Shown: positions 11,627-23,362 of the stretch, piece by piece
Numbering within the stretch: the stretch's first letter is position 1
Layout of the letters: each line of letters opens with the position of its first letter
From: Gekko japonicus
Taxonomy: Eukaryota
Length of the DNA: 64,000 nucleotides
Reading direction: 5' to 3'
Assembly (NCBI RefSeq): GCF_001447785.1
Contig: NW_015167086.1
Span: 62,001-126,000, forward strand
Made by a program: the position numbers and the translations under genes
Notes under the pieces: generated by a model
What the model saw: the letters and a program-made list of their open reading frames with translations, nothing else
What the model was told of the DNA's origin: nothing
Database searches by the model: none

Positions 11627-14600
11627 GTTGCCAGAAGTCCTGGAAGGGGGGGGGGAATGTCCTGTCCCTTCAAAAGAGGCTGTGTGTGGAAATGGTCAGC
11701 TGAAGCTTTTCATGGCATCAGGGTAAATATCATCCCGTTAAATTCTTCGGACCGTGTGCTTAGGACAGCCAGACACGTTGGGCCGGCCCTGCCGGATAAG
11801 GTGAACCATAAGGGCACAGCTTCGTTTCCTTTCACTGGATGTGACCAGCCCAAAGTCACCCAGTGAGGTTCTTGGCACAGTGGGGATTTGAACGGGGGCC
11901 TCTCCCATCCTAGTTCAACACTCCAGTCCTAGTTTGACACCACACCACCCTGGCTCTGTGCAGAAGAGGGGATTTTGACAGGTGCCGCTTGTCAGAGCAA
12001 CTGTGAATAGGGATGTGTGGTAGCAGGCCCCGTTTCTGTAGAAAGGGTCCAAGGGAGAGCCGGCTGGCCCTTCGTTAGTCCTTCTGTCTGAGTGCCCTCA
12101 ACCCACTCCCCACTCTTCCGGCCCCCTGATCTCCCCCCCCCCGACAATGGATTGAACAGCCACTGAGCAGGGTGGAGTTGCATCACTTCTGTTAGTTCCC
12201 TGCAGTGTCTTGTGCATAGTGTTGATGCTCCAGCAAGTGGCAACTGTGGGGGCAGCTGTTGGCAACAGCTGCTCCACCCTAGAGGTACCAGTGCCTCATC
12301 ATCTCATCCTTCCAGTGGGGGCCTTCTACCCACTTTGCCTAGGTGCTCTTTCTGAGCACCTTTTGCTCCACTCCAAGCAATGTTCCCACTGAGCTGAGTT
12401 GGTGTGAGCTAGCTCACAGTTTTTTAGCCTCCTGCTCACATTTTTGCCTTAGCTCAGGAAGGGATGGCTCCGGAGCAAACTAATCGATTCATTAGCCCAA
12501 TTACTCACTCACAGCTTTAATGCCAGTAGCTCACAGTGGAGAATTCTTTGCTCACAAGACTCCACAGCTTAGAGGGAGCATTGGCGCCAAGGCACCAGGG
12601 CCAGGAGGACGCACCTGTCCTTGTGAACACTCTGTCATCCCCTCTCTTTCCACCAGAGCTGTGGGCAGGTAGAGGTGAGGAGTGTAATCTCATTTCCTCC
12701 AGGGTTTATCTCCTGCTGCGGCTTCCGCCCTGGGTACTGCCGGGAGGGGGTGTGTGTTCAGCATGGGAGCAGAAAGGACATATCCTGGCAGGCCAGGACA
12801 GACAGGCTTACCTGGCTAAGGCTATGCAGCCTCACATATTTTTAGGCTTCCTGGATCTGAGGCATATGCAGCCCCCCCCCCCCCCAGCTATTCTAAGCCT
12901 TCCCTGAGCTTTTGCCTTTTGCTATGACGCTTCCCATCTTTTGAAGGCAGCGTGCATCTTTATATCAGCTGCTGAGGAGCACGGCCGGGAGGAGGCTGTT
13001 TCAGTCATAAGAAGAAGAAGAGGAGGAGATTGGATTTATACCCCGCCCTTCACTCAGAGTCTCAGAGCGGCTTACAAACTCCTTTCCCTTCCCCTCCCCA
13101 CAACAGACACCCTGTGAGGTAGGCGGAGCTGAGAGAGCTCTTTCCAGAGCTGCCCTTGAGAGAACAGCTCTGACAGAACTATGGCTTGCCCAAGGTCATC
13201 CAGCAGCTGCAAGTGGAGGAGTAGGGAATCAAACCTGGTTCTCCCAGATTAGAGTCCGCGCACTCAACCACTACACCAAACTTCCTGGGCTTCCTAGAGG
13301 CAGCTGGCCGGCCACTGTGTGAACAGAACGCTGGACTTGACGGGTCTTTGGTCTCTGATCCAGCAGGGCTCTGCTTATGTTCTCGTGAACCTGATAAAAG
13401 AAGGGCAGTCCTGTCACTTATGGTACCACTGTGGCAAACAGAATAACATCAGGGGAGCTTCTTGCAACCAAAATATAACGAGGGTTATCGGATCCCATCG
13501 TTTCTGCAATGTTCGATCACCAGCATGGTGTAGCAGTTAAGAGTGCAGCGCAAGGATCTGGGTACAGTGGAAGAGTGGCCACTCTCTCTCAGCCGAACCG
13601 ACCTTACAGAGTTGTGGTGGAAATAAGAGGAGGGGAGAGCGAAGACAAAAATGTGTGAGCCGGAGGCTAAAAACTGTGAGCTAGCTCACACAAACTTACC
13701 TTAGAGCGAACACTGGTTGTACGATGTTGTGGGTCCCTAGTAGATAGATAGCGGGTAGATTGAGGTGGGGTAGGCATGTTGGTCTGAAAACAGCAATGCA
13801 GCACAAGAGATTGGCATACAATAGCAACCCTCACTGATGCAGGTGTAATTCCAGATGTGTCTGCGCCGCCGATGTTCATCTGGGTCCTTTTGAACTGGCT
13901 GAATTTGTCTTTTGATGAAGGCAGGAACTTTGTAGCCTTATCCAGGGCGCTCGGTTTGTTACACATGACTAACAGTGCAACAACAGAGGGCACATTCAGT
14001 GGATCTGGTCTATTTATTCCAGAGGGGTAGCCGTATTAGTCTGTGGAAGCCAAAACAAAAAAGCATCTCATGGCACCGCCAAGATTATAATACATTTATC
14101 ACGGCATATGCTTTTGTGAGCCACAGGCCATTCTGTCAGATGCATTACATCCAGTTGGGAGAAAGAGATGCCTACAAAGCTGCATGCACAAAGCAGAAGG
14201 GCTGGGCTAGGGGGCAAGAAGGGGAGTTACAAAGAAGCTCCACTTCCCAGGACATGGGTGTGCTATACCGTTGCACTGCAGAGCACGTGATAACGTCAAA
14301 AGAGCAAAGGATCCATTCAGAATGGGTAGGAACCACGCCCAACATTTGGTGAACCGATGAAGCGGGATTAGTGGGAATGGCATGCACGCATAGAGACATC
14401 TTTTCCTTTTATTTCCCTAAGCTTTTTCATTAGTATTTCCCCAGATATCTATGCAATCATGAGGGCTAGAAACTTGCTTTTTAAAATGTGTGAAAAAGTA
14501 GAATTTGCTACACCAGCATAGTGAAGTTGTTTGGGTGCCAGACTAGGAGTGTTTGTGTGTGCATGTGTGTGTGTGTGTATGCGCGTGTGTGAAGTGCCGT

Positions 14601-15637
14601 CATGTCACTTCCGACCCATGGCGACAACAGACTAGGAGACTCGGGTTCAAATCTCCAGTCTGTCATTAAGCTTGCTGGATGACTGTGGGTGAGCCGCATC
14701 CTCTTTCTTCCAACCTATCCTACCTCACGCACCCCTGACCTAGGCGGCCCAGGGTAGCCCAATCTCACCAGATCTCGGGGAAGCTAAGCAGGGTCAGCCC
14801 TCGAAAACCCCATAAGGGGTCGCCATGTTAGCTGCAACTTATTTATTTTTTATTTATTTTATTATATTTATACCCCACCCTCCCCGCGAACGGGCTCAGG
14901 GCGGCTCACACAGGCACTAGGTGCGTTCAGTATTCAAATACATAATACAAAGTTAAAACAAATTAAAATCAGTTAGACGGATGCGTATATAAACTCCTCA
15001 CATTTTGCGTAGCAGGGAGGGAAGGCCGGGTGATGAAAGATGTTACTCAACCACCCTAGCAGTCTCTCTCTATAAAAGGGCGTTGGTGTAAGTGGCCGCG
15101 GCGGCTCCTACTCGTAAGCCTGGCGGAAGAGTTCTGTCTTGCAGGCCCTGCGGAACTGCACCAGGTCCCGCAGGGCCCTGATCTCTTCCGGGAGCTCATT
15201 CCACCAGGTAGGAGCCGCCAATGAAAAAGACCTGGCCCTTGTTGCCACCAGCTTGGCCTCCTTAGGGCCTGGGGTCACCAGCTGGTGGTGTGACCCCGAC
15301 CGAAGTGCTCTTCAGGGAACACTTGACAGCACACCCTACCTCACGGGATTATGATGTGTATAAAAATGGAAGGGAGGGAGGAGGATGTCGTAAGCCGTTT
15401 TGGGTCTCAGTTGGGGAGAAGATGGGGGATGAATAAACAAACAAACACGGCACCATGATCTTGGGCAGTACACACAACCTGCATCGCAGGATGACCCGAT
15501 CTGAATGAAAAGATCCTAGTGTGAAACTGTTCTGACCTTCCGCAGCCAAGGGGGAAGGGGGGCTGACTGAAAGCAGACGATGCCGTGGGTGGCTGTTCCT
15601 GGACTGGAGACCTAACCATCTCTCTCCTCCCCTGCAG

Positions 15638-15845
15638 CTGAAGATTTCATTCAGCGAGAACCAGCTGGAGAGGACCTTCCAGTACCCATCGGAGGGTTCC
15701 CTGCTGGAGGAGTTCGGCCCCCCTGAGGAGTCAGAGACTTTGGTGTCTACCAACCCCCATGGGGACGAGGAGGAGGAAGAGGAGGAGCTGCTGATGCTTC
15801 ATCGTGGCCTCCCTGGCCTATTGAGGACCAAACCCCTCATCGTGG
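15638..15845 (+). CDS. PPP1R18: Phostensin (PP1 regulatory subunit 18), penultimate coding exon
   Basis: ctgcag acceptor and GTGAG donor. Translates LKISFSENQLERTFQYPSEGSLLEEFGPPEE...EEEELLMLHRGLPGLLRTKPLIV, matching the phostensin C-terminus including the KISF PP1-docking motif. Synteny upstream of DHX16 as in the MHC. Confidence 0.93.
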
Positions 15846-16764
15846 GTGAGTGCCTGGGAGCCTCCGGAGCTGCCGCCGTGGTGTGCCTGAGAGCATCGTG
15901 GTCATTCCGAGAACGTTGCTCCCCCCCCCACACGCTCAGACTAAATTTTGTTTTAATTGTAGCTTATGTTTTAATGTAACTTATCTATTTTATGTAAGCT
16001 GCCCTGAGCCAGCTTCGGACAAGAGGGTGGGGTAGAAATTCAAAAAATAAATTAAATAAATAAATTTAGGGCATTTTCACAAAAGTCCTTGACAGAGTTA
16101 CACCCTTCTAGGCCCCTTGGCTTTATTGGACTTAGGAGGGTATAACTCTGCTTAAGACTGCACCGTTAGAAACTCATTGAATCAAGACAAGTTGGCAGCT
16201 GGCCGCCAGAAAGAGAGGGGAATGCCTGGTAGACAAACGGTCATGTCTTACTGAGAAGTAGTAGAAGAAGAAGAAGAGATTGGATTTATACCCCGCCTTT
16301 CACTACCCAAAGGAGTCTCAGAGCGGCTTACAAACTCCTTTCCCTTCCCCTCCCCACAACAGACACCCTGTGAGGTAGGCGGGGCTGAGAGAGCTCTTGA
16401 CAGAAACTGCTCTTTTTCAAGAACAGCTCTGACAGAACTATGACTTGCCCAAGGTCATCCAGCAGGTGCAAGTTGAGGAGTGGGGAATCAAACCCAGTTC
16501 TCCCAGATTAGAGTCCGCACACTTAACCACCACACCAAGTAGAAGCCTCACATGAATTACCAGACCAGACCAGACCGTGTCTGGTAGCAGGTGGAGGCTT
16601 TAGATGTCTGAATGCTCCCCAACATAAAATATTCCCTACACATACAAAACGAATGTGACAGAGTGAGTGAATTGATTTATTCCAGTCAAAGACTAGCCCA
16701 AAAGCAAATACATTACAAGAAATGATACCTTTAAGAAGTTATGCGAATTATATTGAAATAAGCC

Positions 16765-16990
16765 AAATGAGAAGGGAGCACTCACTGGAGAAGACCCTGA
16801 TGCTGGGAAAGATTGAAGGTCAAAGAAGACGGGGACGGCAAAGGATGAGATGGTTAGACAGTGTCATAGATGCAACAAACATGAAATTGAGCAAACTTCA
16901 GAGGACGGCGGAAGACCGGAAGGCCTGGCGTGATCTAGTCCATGGGGTCGCGAAGAGTCGGACTCGACCGTGCGACTGAACAACAACAAC
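16765..16990 (+). mobile_element. BovB/RTE LINE 3' end
   Basis: Encodes SLEKTLMLGKIEGQRRRGRQRMRWLDSV...VHGVAKSRTR; (CAA)n tail. Confidence 0.88.
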
Positions 16991-17713
16991 CACCCATAGT
17001 GGCAGAATAGGACTTCAGAGATCTGGGTTCAAATCTCCACTCTGCCATGAAACTTATTCTATGACCTTAGGCCAGTCAACTCTCTTTCGGTTGTTGTGAG
17101 GATAAAGCAGAGATGGGAGAACTATGTCTGCAACCCTGAGCCCCTTGGAGGAAGGGAGGAAGGCCAATGTGGTTCATCAAATGAATACAAGGCTCTGACA
17201 GCTGCAGAGAGTCTGGCCGCTTTATCCGTGATCCGAGGCTCGTGGGTCAAGAGGAGAAAGGCAATAGACAATGCCTTCGATCTACCTGGAATTTTGGGGA
17301 GGAGTAATGAAACCATGTGTAAAATCACAATTAAAAAGGGAGTGCAATACAACGTGCCCCACTTCCCCTCTTGCAGAAGAACATATACATTCCTGGTACA
17401 GTGCACCACGATATCTCCCTTCTAAGAGTGCAGAGGATAGGAAAACATGACAGAAAATAGTTTTGGGTTAGCCTTTTCTTTCATATGTTCTTGGGCAAGG
17501 GGATCTGAAGAAACCAAACACACTTTTCAGATATTTACTATTTATTGTATATATTTTTGTTTTATACGTCCTCCATAAAATCCACTCAAACCATCTGAAG
17601 AAGTGGGGGTCCAGACCATGAAAGCATATGGTAGAGTAAAATGGTGTTAGTTTTTAAGGTGCCGGTTGACTCCTGTTTTATTTTTGATGCAACGAACTAA
17701 CACGGCTGCCCAA

Positions 17714-17918
17714 CAATGTTCCCTCTAAGCAGAGTTAGTGTGAGCTAGCTCAGTTTTTTTAGCCTCCGGCTCACACATTTTTCTCTTAGCTCAGGAAGGA
17801 TGGCTCCAGAGCAAACTGATTTATGCAGTAGCCAAATCGCTCGCTCACAGCTTTAATGCCAGGAGCTCACAAAGTAGCATTTTTGCTCACAAGACTCCAC
17901 AGCTTAGAGGGAGCATTG
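17714..17918 (+). mobile_element. ~205-bp hAT MITE (CAGTGTTCCCTCTAAG termini); further copies at 12378-12583, 36312-36518, 41438-41643, 52338-52546, 62107-62313, partial ~13655-13714
   Basis: Near-identical copies with 8-bp TSDs: ctgcccaa, ctcacagg, atgagtgg, gtaaggac. Confidence 0.9.
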
Positions 17919-18333
17919 CTGCCCAACTAGAGTTATTGTCCTGTACGGTCTGCATACAAGGATGAGGAATTAAAATAAGCCTTGGTGAAAAAGCTGTAGA
18001 AACTAATTCAAATGTAGATCCCAGGAAACTGCCCTGGGGATGGGTGGGAATTGTGCTTGTCAAGCTGAAGCAAAGCTGTGCATCTAAATGTTAGAAATAA
18101 AGAAGTTTTGTTTTACAAACAGGCCCTTGCAATGCAATCCTAAGAATCACCCTCTTCTAAACCCACTGAATTCAATGGGGTTTAGAAAGGTCGATTGTTT
18201 AGGAGGGCCATTGGAAGCCGATATTGGAGCTCCATCTAGAGGCCCATCTTGAGAACTGCAGTGACTTTTGGAAATCCTCGTACCTAAGGTTTGGGGAGAG
18301 CATTCAAGTAGGCTTCTTGGGCTTCCTTATTAG

Positions 18334-19257
18334 CAGGCCCGTAGCCAGGATTTCTTGTGTCGAGGGGGCCTTTAAATTTCTCGGGGACGCCTAATTGATT
18401 TGGTTAAAGTAAGTTAAATTAAGTGCCCCTTTCACATAGCTGCATTTGATGGCCTCCTCCTCTCCTTCCCCACGCCATTCTCCCTTCTACAGGGGCCGGA
18501 AGGCAGGTGGGAAGGTGAGGCAGTGGAGGAGTGCGCCTGTGCACACTTGCCCACTAAGAGGCCCTTCAGCCAGCCAAGGCTGAGCGCGGCCGGCCTAGGA
18601 CAGAGCGCTGCTGCACCCGCCTCATTTTGTCTCCGCTCTCCTCCACTCTGTTCGGCGGAGGCGGTGCTGCTGTTTTTCCCCACCCCCTCCCCCCCCCCCC
18701 CCCTAACAGCAGCCGTAGGCCAAGCCCTGGTAGTAGCCACCGCTACGCACGCCTCGTTTTACCCCGGCCAGCTGCCTGCCCACCATGGCCTGCGTGGGGC
18801 AGGGCTGCTCATTTTTCATTGCATATATTCATACAGGCGGCCATCCCGGGAAGAAGCGCTGCTGCTGCAGCTGCCTCGTCTCCGCTCTCCCCCACACGCT
18901 CCACCCTCTGCTTGGCAGCAGCGTCACTGCCGTCTTTCCGCCCCCTCCCCCGGTAACAGCAGCAGCAGACCAGGTCTGGGTAGCAGCCGCTGCTGCTGTG
19001 TGCACCTCGTCCTCCCCCAGCCAGCAGCCTGCCCACCATGGCCCGCGTGGGGCTGCTGGTTCTTCATTGTGTGTATTCGTACAAGTGGGGCTGCTGGCAG
19101 GTGGAGAAAGGGGAGTCCTCTGGGCAGTGGCGGCGAGTCCTCTGGGCAGCGCTCAGAGTCGGGGGGGCCTGGGCTGTGTAGGAAGTCACTGGGGGGGCCT
19201 GGAAGGAGGTTGGGGGGCCAGGCCCCCCAGGAGGCCCCACTGTTGCTGCGGGCCCTG
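18334..19257. mobile_element. GC-rich non-autonomous hAT-type DNA transposon
   Basis: TIRs caggcccgtagc / gctgcgggccctg; 8-bp TSD cttattag; absent from the paralogous site in repeat A' (~22573). Confidence 0.88.
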
Positions 19258-19323
19258 CTTATTAGTGCCTCCATCCCCTTTTTACCCTGACAAGCCCGGT
19301 TTTCTTTCTGTCTTCCTTCCCAG

Positions 19324-19343
19324 ATGAGTCTTGTCGGCGGTAA
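19324..19343 (+). CDS. PPP1R18: Phostensin terminal coding exon (DESCRR*)
   Basis: Polypyrimidine tract plus CAG at 19321-19323. The phase-1 join G|AT GAG TCT TGT CGG CGG TAA gives DESCRR-stop, the known phostensin C-terminus. Confidence 0.92.
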
Positions 19344-20108
19344 CCCCACCCGTCCTTCTCCGTCACCAGGAAAGATGGAGGATATTTAAGGATTCATGTC
19401 AACCTTCAAGTCCCTCAACTGGACTTTTATGTCCTTTCGTCTTCCACTGACTCTTACACCAGGGAAAGAAGCTGGGACCATGCCAGACTGGACCGTTTTG
19501 CCCATTTTCCTAGGGCTCTGGGTGTTTCTCTCTTCACGATGGGAGAAAGCGCTTGAAAGACACCTTCATCGATATTGTTGTTCTATCTCTAGCACTGAAA
19601 AAGGGACCTCAGAAACTCCCCCACCCGAAATCTAAATGGCAAGGATCTGGGTCACGTGACAGGCTGCCCAATCTAACCTGTACAAAGAGACTGCATCCAC
19701 ATGGTTTTGACTGAAAGGAAATCTTTTTTTCTTTCTTATCCTGATGCTAAAACAACTTAGGAACAAAGAGGTTAAAACAGCCAGCAGGGCGGAGCAGCAA
19801 ACCTCATGCCCGTCTGCCGGCCTCCAGCGTTGCAGGCGATCCCCAGCCAAGGGCTGATTTCTCCTTGCTGTTTCCCAAACACAGCCCACACTGGGTGGAG
19901 GGATGTTTCTAATTCCCAGATCAACCTTTTTGTAAAATCCTTTAGGATCCTTGTCAGATCAACCTTTTTTGTAAAATCCTTTAGGACCCTTGTCATTTTA
20001 AAATTTTCTAATCGCTGCCATGTTGTGGGAGGGGAGTTGGAGGGGGGAGGGAGGGACTAGCTTGGGGGGGCGGGGCCATTTCTTTCTTTCCCGTTAATTC
20101 AGAACATA

Positions 20109-20114
20109 TTTATT
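20109..20114 (-). terminator. RIOX1 polyadenylation signal followed by decayed poly(A) remnant
   Basis: AATAAA on - about 20 nt after the stop; GAAAGAAAGAAA follows at 20090-20079. Confidence 0.7.
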
Positions 20115-20132
20115 TTGTTCATCCATGACACA

Positions 20133-21953
20133 TTACGCAGAAAACAGAGGGCTCTTAGTAATCAGCAATCCCTTTTCAAACAAAACAGTGGCTAAAGCAA
20201 TCTTATCATCCAAGGTGACACATGGAAGGTCTTCCACACTGACATACTTCGGGTAAGAAGAGAGCAAGAATTCAATACCATCTGTATATTCTGGCTCGAT
20301 TTCACAGTACTTGGGCTCCTCCTTATGATACACCCTTGAATTTTCTGCGGTGTAATACAGCAGTGTTTTGTCTCCTTCGTTGCACAGCCTGACGATTCCA
20401 TACCGAAGCAACCGTACTTGCGTATTTTCACTGAATGGGACGTCGACGTCTCGCACGTCTCCATTCTCCCACCGGGCAGGAAGTCCATATACACTGAGCG
20501 TCTTTTCAGTCTCAGTCAGCACTGGAGGGAGGCAGTCGTGGAAGAAACCCTTGGCTTTTTGATCCACCGCAGCGTCGACTGGTGCATAGTTCATTAGTTT
20601 AGTGATCAAAGTCTGGACCTTTTTCATAAAGGCGGTTCTGCGAGGATCAATCACATCGGAGTTCACGACTCCTGTGTATGCCAGGTAATCTGTAGGGAGA
20701 CCCTGGCGGTATTCCACATCCTCCTCAATGGCCATCTGCAAAGCTGCAGGAAGGAGTTTTTCCAACAAGTCTCCCCAGGAGTTTCTCTGGAACGAGGAGA
20801 CAGTTATGTGGAGTGAATGGGCATCGGGGAGGCAGTCCCCTTGATGGATAAACCCCCGTGGAAAATACAGCAGGTCCCCAGCCTCTAATACGGTTTCCAG
20901 AACCGGCTCCCCGATCTCCTCCTGAGCAAAGTTGGGGCTTGAAAACTGGGGCAACACCTCCGCTTCTTTCCGAGGGCTGTAAACCCGCCAGTGCTTCTTC
21001 CCTTCGAGCTGGACGACAAAGGCTTCGATGTCGTCATAATGAGGAGCAAAGCCCTGAGTGCCGGCAGGAGTCAGGTAAGTGTTGGCTCCGACCATGCTGC
21101 CAAACTGCTCCTGCAAGAGAGACAGGAAGTGCCAGACTGTGGCAGAAAAGGCCTGGGGGTTCAGCATCCTGAGGGAGCAGCCGTTCCGGTAGAAGTCCCA
21201 CACCACGGCCGGCAGGGCCCTGCCCAGCGGATTGTGCGTCTCCCTCTTCCCGTCTTCGTAGCTAGTCACGTCCAAGTTCACACCGAACTGGACCTCTTGG
21301 TCGCGCAGGACGGCATCAAACTCGGCCGTGGAAAAGAGCCCCTGGTAGTAAGCCGGGTTGCGCCGGCGGATGAGGAGGGGCTTCTTCTCCCAGTGCTGGC
21401 CGAAGAACCGCTGTGAGGAGACGGGGGCGATCAGCCACTCGAAGAGCCTGGCTGCCTTCTCCCGGCTGTGCTGGACCTCCCCCAGCTCCTGAAGGAGGTG
21501 CCGGAGCGAGGGGCCTGCCTGAAACTGCTGGGCAGAAGCTCGCTCCTTTTCCTGTCCCGCCGCTGGTGGTGCAGCCGCAGCCGAGCAACTTTCGCCCGCC
21601 ATCGGACTCCGTTCACGGTTCTCCTGCAGCGCCACTCTTGGGCCGGATGAGGTAGCCACAAGACGAGAGCGCAGTTTCATCCTCCGTCTCTTTGCTAGCT
21701 TCGCTGCTGCAGCATCCACCACCGTCGGGACAGGATGGGAGTCTAAGGGATGTTCCCCATTGGCGGCCCCTGAAGGAACGGGGCAAGCCCCGGGTGTTCG
21801 CCTCTTAGTACGCCGTTTCTTTATCTTCTGGCTTCCGGGGGAGACAGTCGGGCTGTGGGCTAGGCAGGGTGGCTGCTCATGTGGACCTCCACGTGGCGCC
21901 ATTGAACGGTAGGCAGAGAGAGCAGACACAGGTGCTCTCCGCAGCTCCTCCAT
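20133..21953 (-). CDS. RIOX1: Ribosomal oxygenase 1 / NO66 (JmjC histidyl hydroxylase), single-exon CDS, probable retrogene
   Basis: 606-aa uninterrupted ORF. JmjC motifs are intact: YLTPAGTQGFAPHYDDIEAF (HxD), GKKHW (2-OG Lys) and GFIHQG (distal His). The C-terminal dimerisation/winged-helix region ends LATVLFEKGLL. Confidence 0.96.
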   Translation of the reverse strand: MEELRRAPVSALSAYRSMAPRGGPHEQPPCLAHSPTVSPGSQKIKKRRTKRRTPGACPVPSGAANGEHPLDSHPVPTVVDAAAAKLAKRRRMKLRSRLVATSSGPRVALQENRERSPMAGESCSAAAAPPAAGQEKERASAQQFQAGPSLRHLLQELGEVQHSREKAARLFEWLIAPVSSQRFFGQHWEKKPLLIRRRNPAYYQGLFSTAEFDAVLRDQEVQFGVNLDVTSYEDGKRETHNPLGRALPAVVWDFYRNGCSLRMLNPQAFSATVWHFLSLLQEQFGSMVGANTYLTPAGTQGFAPHYDDIEAFVVQLEGKKHWRVYSPRKEAEVLPQFSSPNFAQEEIGEPVLETVLEAGDLLYFPRGFIHQGDCLPDAHSLHITVSSFQRNSWGDLLEKLLPAALQMAIEEDVEYRQGLPTDYLAYTGVVNSDVIDPRRTAFMKKVQTLITKLMNYAPVDAAVDQKAKGFFHDCLPPVLTETEKTLSVYGLPARWENGDVRDVDVPFSENTQVRLLRYGIVRLCNEGDKTLLYYTAENSRVYHKEEPKYCEIEPEYTDGIEFLLSSYPKYVSVEDLPCVTLDDKIALATVLFEKGLLITKSPLFSA

Positions 21954-21982
21954 GCTTCAGGTCCGGATGTGGAGACTGAGAG

Positions 21983-23362
21983 AAGCTGTGTATCAAAATG
22001 TTAGAAATAAAGAGGTTTTGTTTATTTGTTTTACAAACAGGCCCCTGCAATGCAATCCTAAGAATTACCCCCTTCTAAACTCACTGGCTCAGAAGTTAAG
22101 GCGCTGAGCTGCAGACCAGAAAGTCTGTAGTTCGGCAGTTCGAGACCCGAGTGCCGCGTGACGGAGTGAGCTCCCGTCTCTGGCCCCAGCTCCTGCCAAC
22201 CTAGCAGTTCAAAAGCAAGAAATTGCAAGGAGATAAAATAGTGGGAAGGTAACAGTGTTCTGTGCAACTCGACGTTTAGTCATGCCGGCCACATGACCAT
22301 GGAGAATTCTTCGGACAGTGCTGGCTCTTCGGCTTGGAAACGGAGATGAGCACCGCCCCCCCAGAGTTGGATGTGACTAGCTTTCAAGCAAGGGAAACCT
22401 TTACTAAATCCACTGAATTCAATGGGGTTTACAGAGGTTAACTGTGTAGGATGGCCATTGGAAGCCAATATTGGAGCTCCATCTGGAGGCCCATTTTGAG
22501 AGCTAGAATGACTTTTGGAAATCCTGGTACCTAACGTTTGGAGAAGAGCATTAAAGGGGGCTCTTGGGCTCCCTTATTCATGATTTCCTCCCCCTTTTTA
22601 CCCCGATAATTCCTGTTTTCTTTCTGTCTTCCCTTTCTAATAAGTGTTGTCAGTGGTAACCCCACCCATCCTTCTCCATCACCGGGAAAAATTGAGGCTA
22701 TTTAAGGATTCGTGTCACCCTTCAAGTCCCTCAAACTGGACTTTTGTCTTCCACTGACTCTTACACCAGGGAAAGAAGCTGGGACCATGCCAGACTGGAC
22801 CGTTTTGCCCATTTTCCTAGGGCTCTGGGAGTTTCTTTCTTTACGATGGAAAAAAGCATTTGAAAGACACCATCTATATTTTTGTTTTAACTCCAGCACT
22901 GAAAAAGTGACCTCAGAAACCCCCCCACCCGAAATCTAAACAGCAAGGATCTGGGTCACGTGACAGGCTGCCCAATCTAACCTGTACAAAGAGACTGCAT
23001 CCACATGGTTTTGACTGAAAGGAAATCTTTTTTTTTTCCTTATCCTGATGTTAAAGCAACTTAGAAACAAAGACATTAAAACAGCCAGCAGGGCAGAGCA
23101 GCAAACCTCATGCCCGTCTGCCGGCCTCCAGCGTTGCAGGCGATCCCCAGCCAAGGGCTGATCTCTCCTTGCTATCTCCCAAACACAGCCCACACTGGGC
23201 GGAGGGATGTTTCTAATCCCCAGATCAACCTCCTTTTTTTGCAAAATATCTGGGAGTTATCCTTTAGGACTCCTGTTATTTTAAAGTTTTCTAATTGCTG
23301 CCATGTTGTGGGAGGGAAGTTGGAGGGAGGAGGGAGGGACTAGCTTTGGGAGGGGGGGCAAT
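21983..23362 (+). repeat. Direct repeat copy A' with decayed PPP1R18 terminal exon
   Basis: Second copy of 18073-20080. The acceptor and coding part are degenerate at ~22637-22659 (ctaataagtgttgtcagtggtaa versus ccagatgagtcttgtcggcggtaa). Interrupted by a Sauria SINE. Confidence 0.92.
22087..22403 (+). mobile_element. Sauria SINE
   Basis: Full body with ACCTTT tail; ~12-bp TSD ctaaactcactg/ctaaatccactg; absent from repeat copy A. Confidence 0.88.

Larger units (their letters stand above)
18073..20080 (+). repeat. Direct repeat copy A (end of PPP1R18 last intron, terminal exon, start of 3' UTR)
   Basis: Colinear with 21983-23362, from aagctgtg...aaatgttagaaataaag to gagggactagctt...gggc(c/a)attt. 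Interrupted by a hAT insertion at 18334-19257. Confidence 0.93.

Noticed and set aside
14750-14800. 5S rRNA-like sequence (also ~7800-7870 and ~39625-39700)
   Set aside because: Partial, diverged and joined to repeat sequence; more consistent with 5S-derived SINE fragments than with rRNA genes.
1-15637. Additional coding exons (upstream PPP1R18 exons, NRM)
   Set aside because: No ORF resembles these proteins. The region looks like TE-rich PPP1R18 intron, with the large upstream exon outside the window.
18523-19290. 255-aa ORF and overlapping long ORFs
   Set aside because: They lie almost entirely within a GC-rich non-autonomous transposon bounded by TIRs and a TSD; low-complexity peptides with no transposase motifs.
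22637-22659. Second PPP1R18 terminal exon as an alternative last exon
   Set aside because: The acceptor AG is mutated and the DESCRR codons are degraded.
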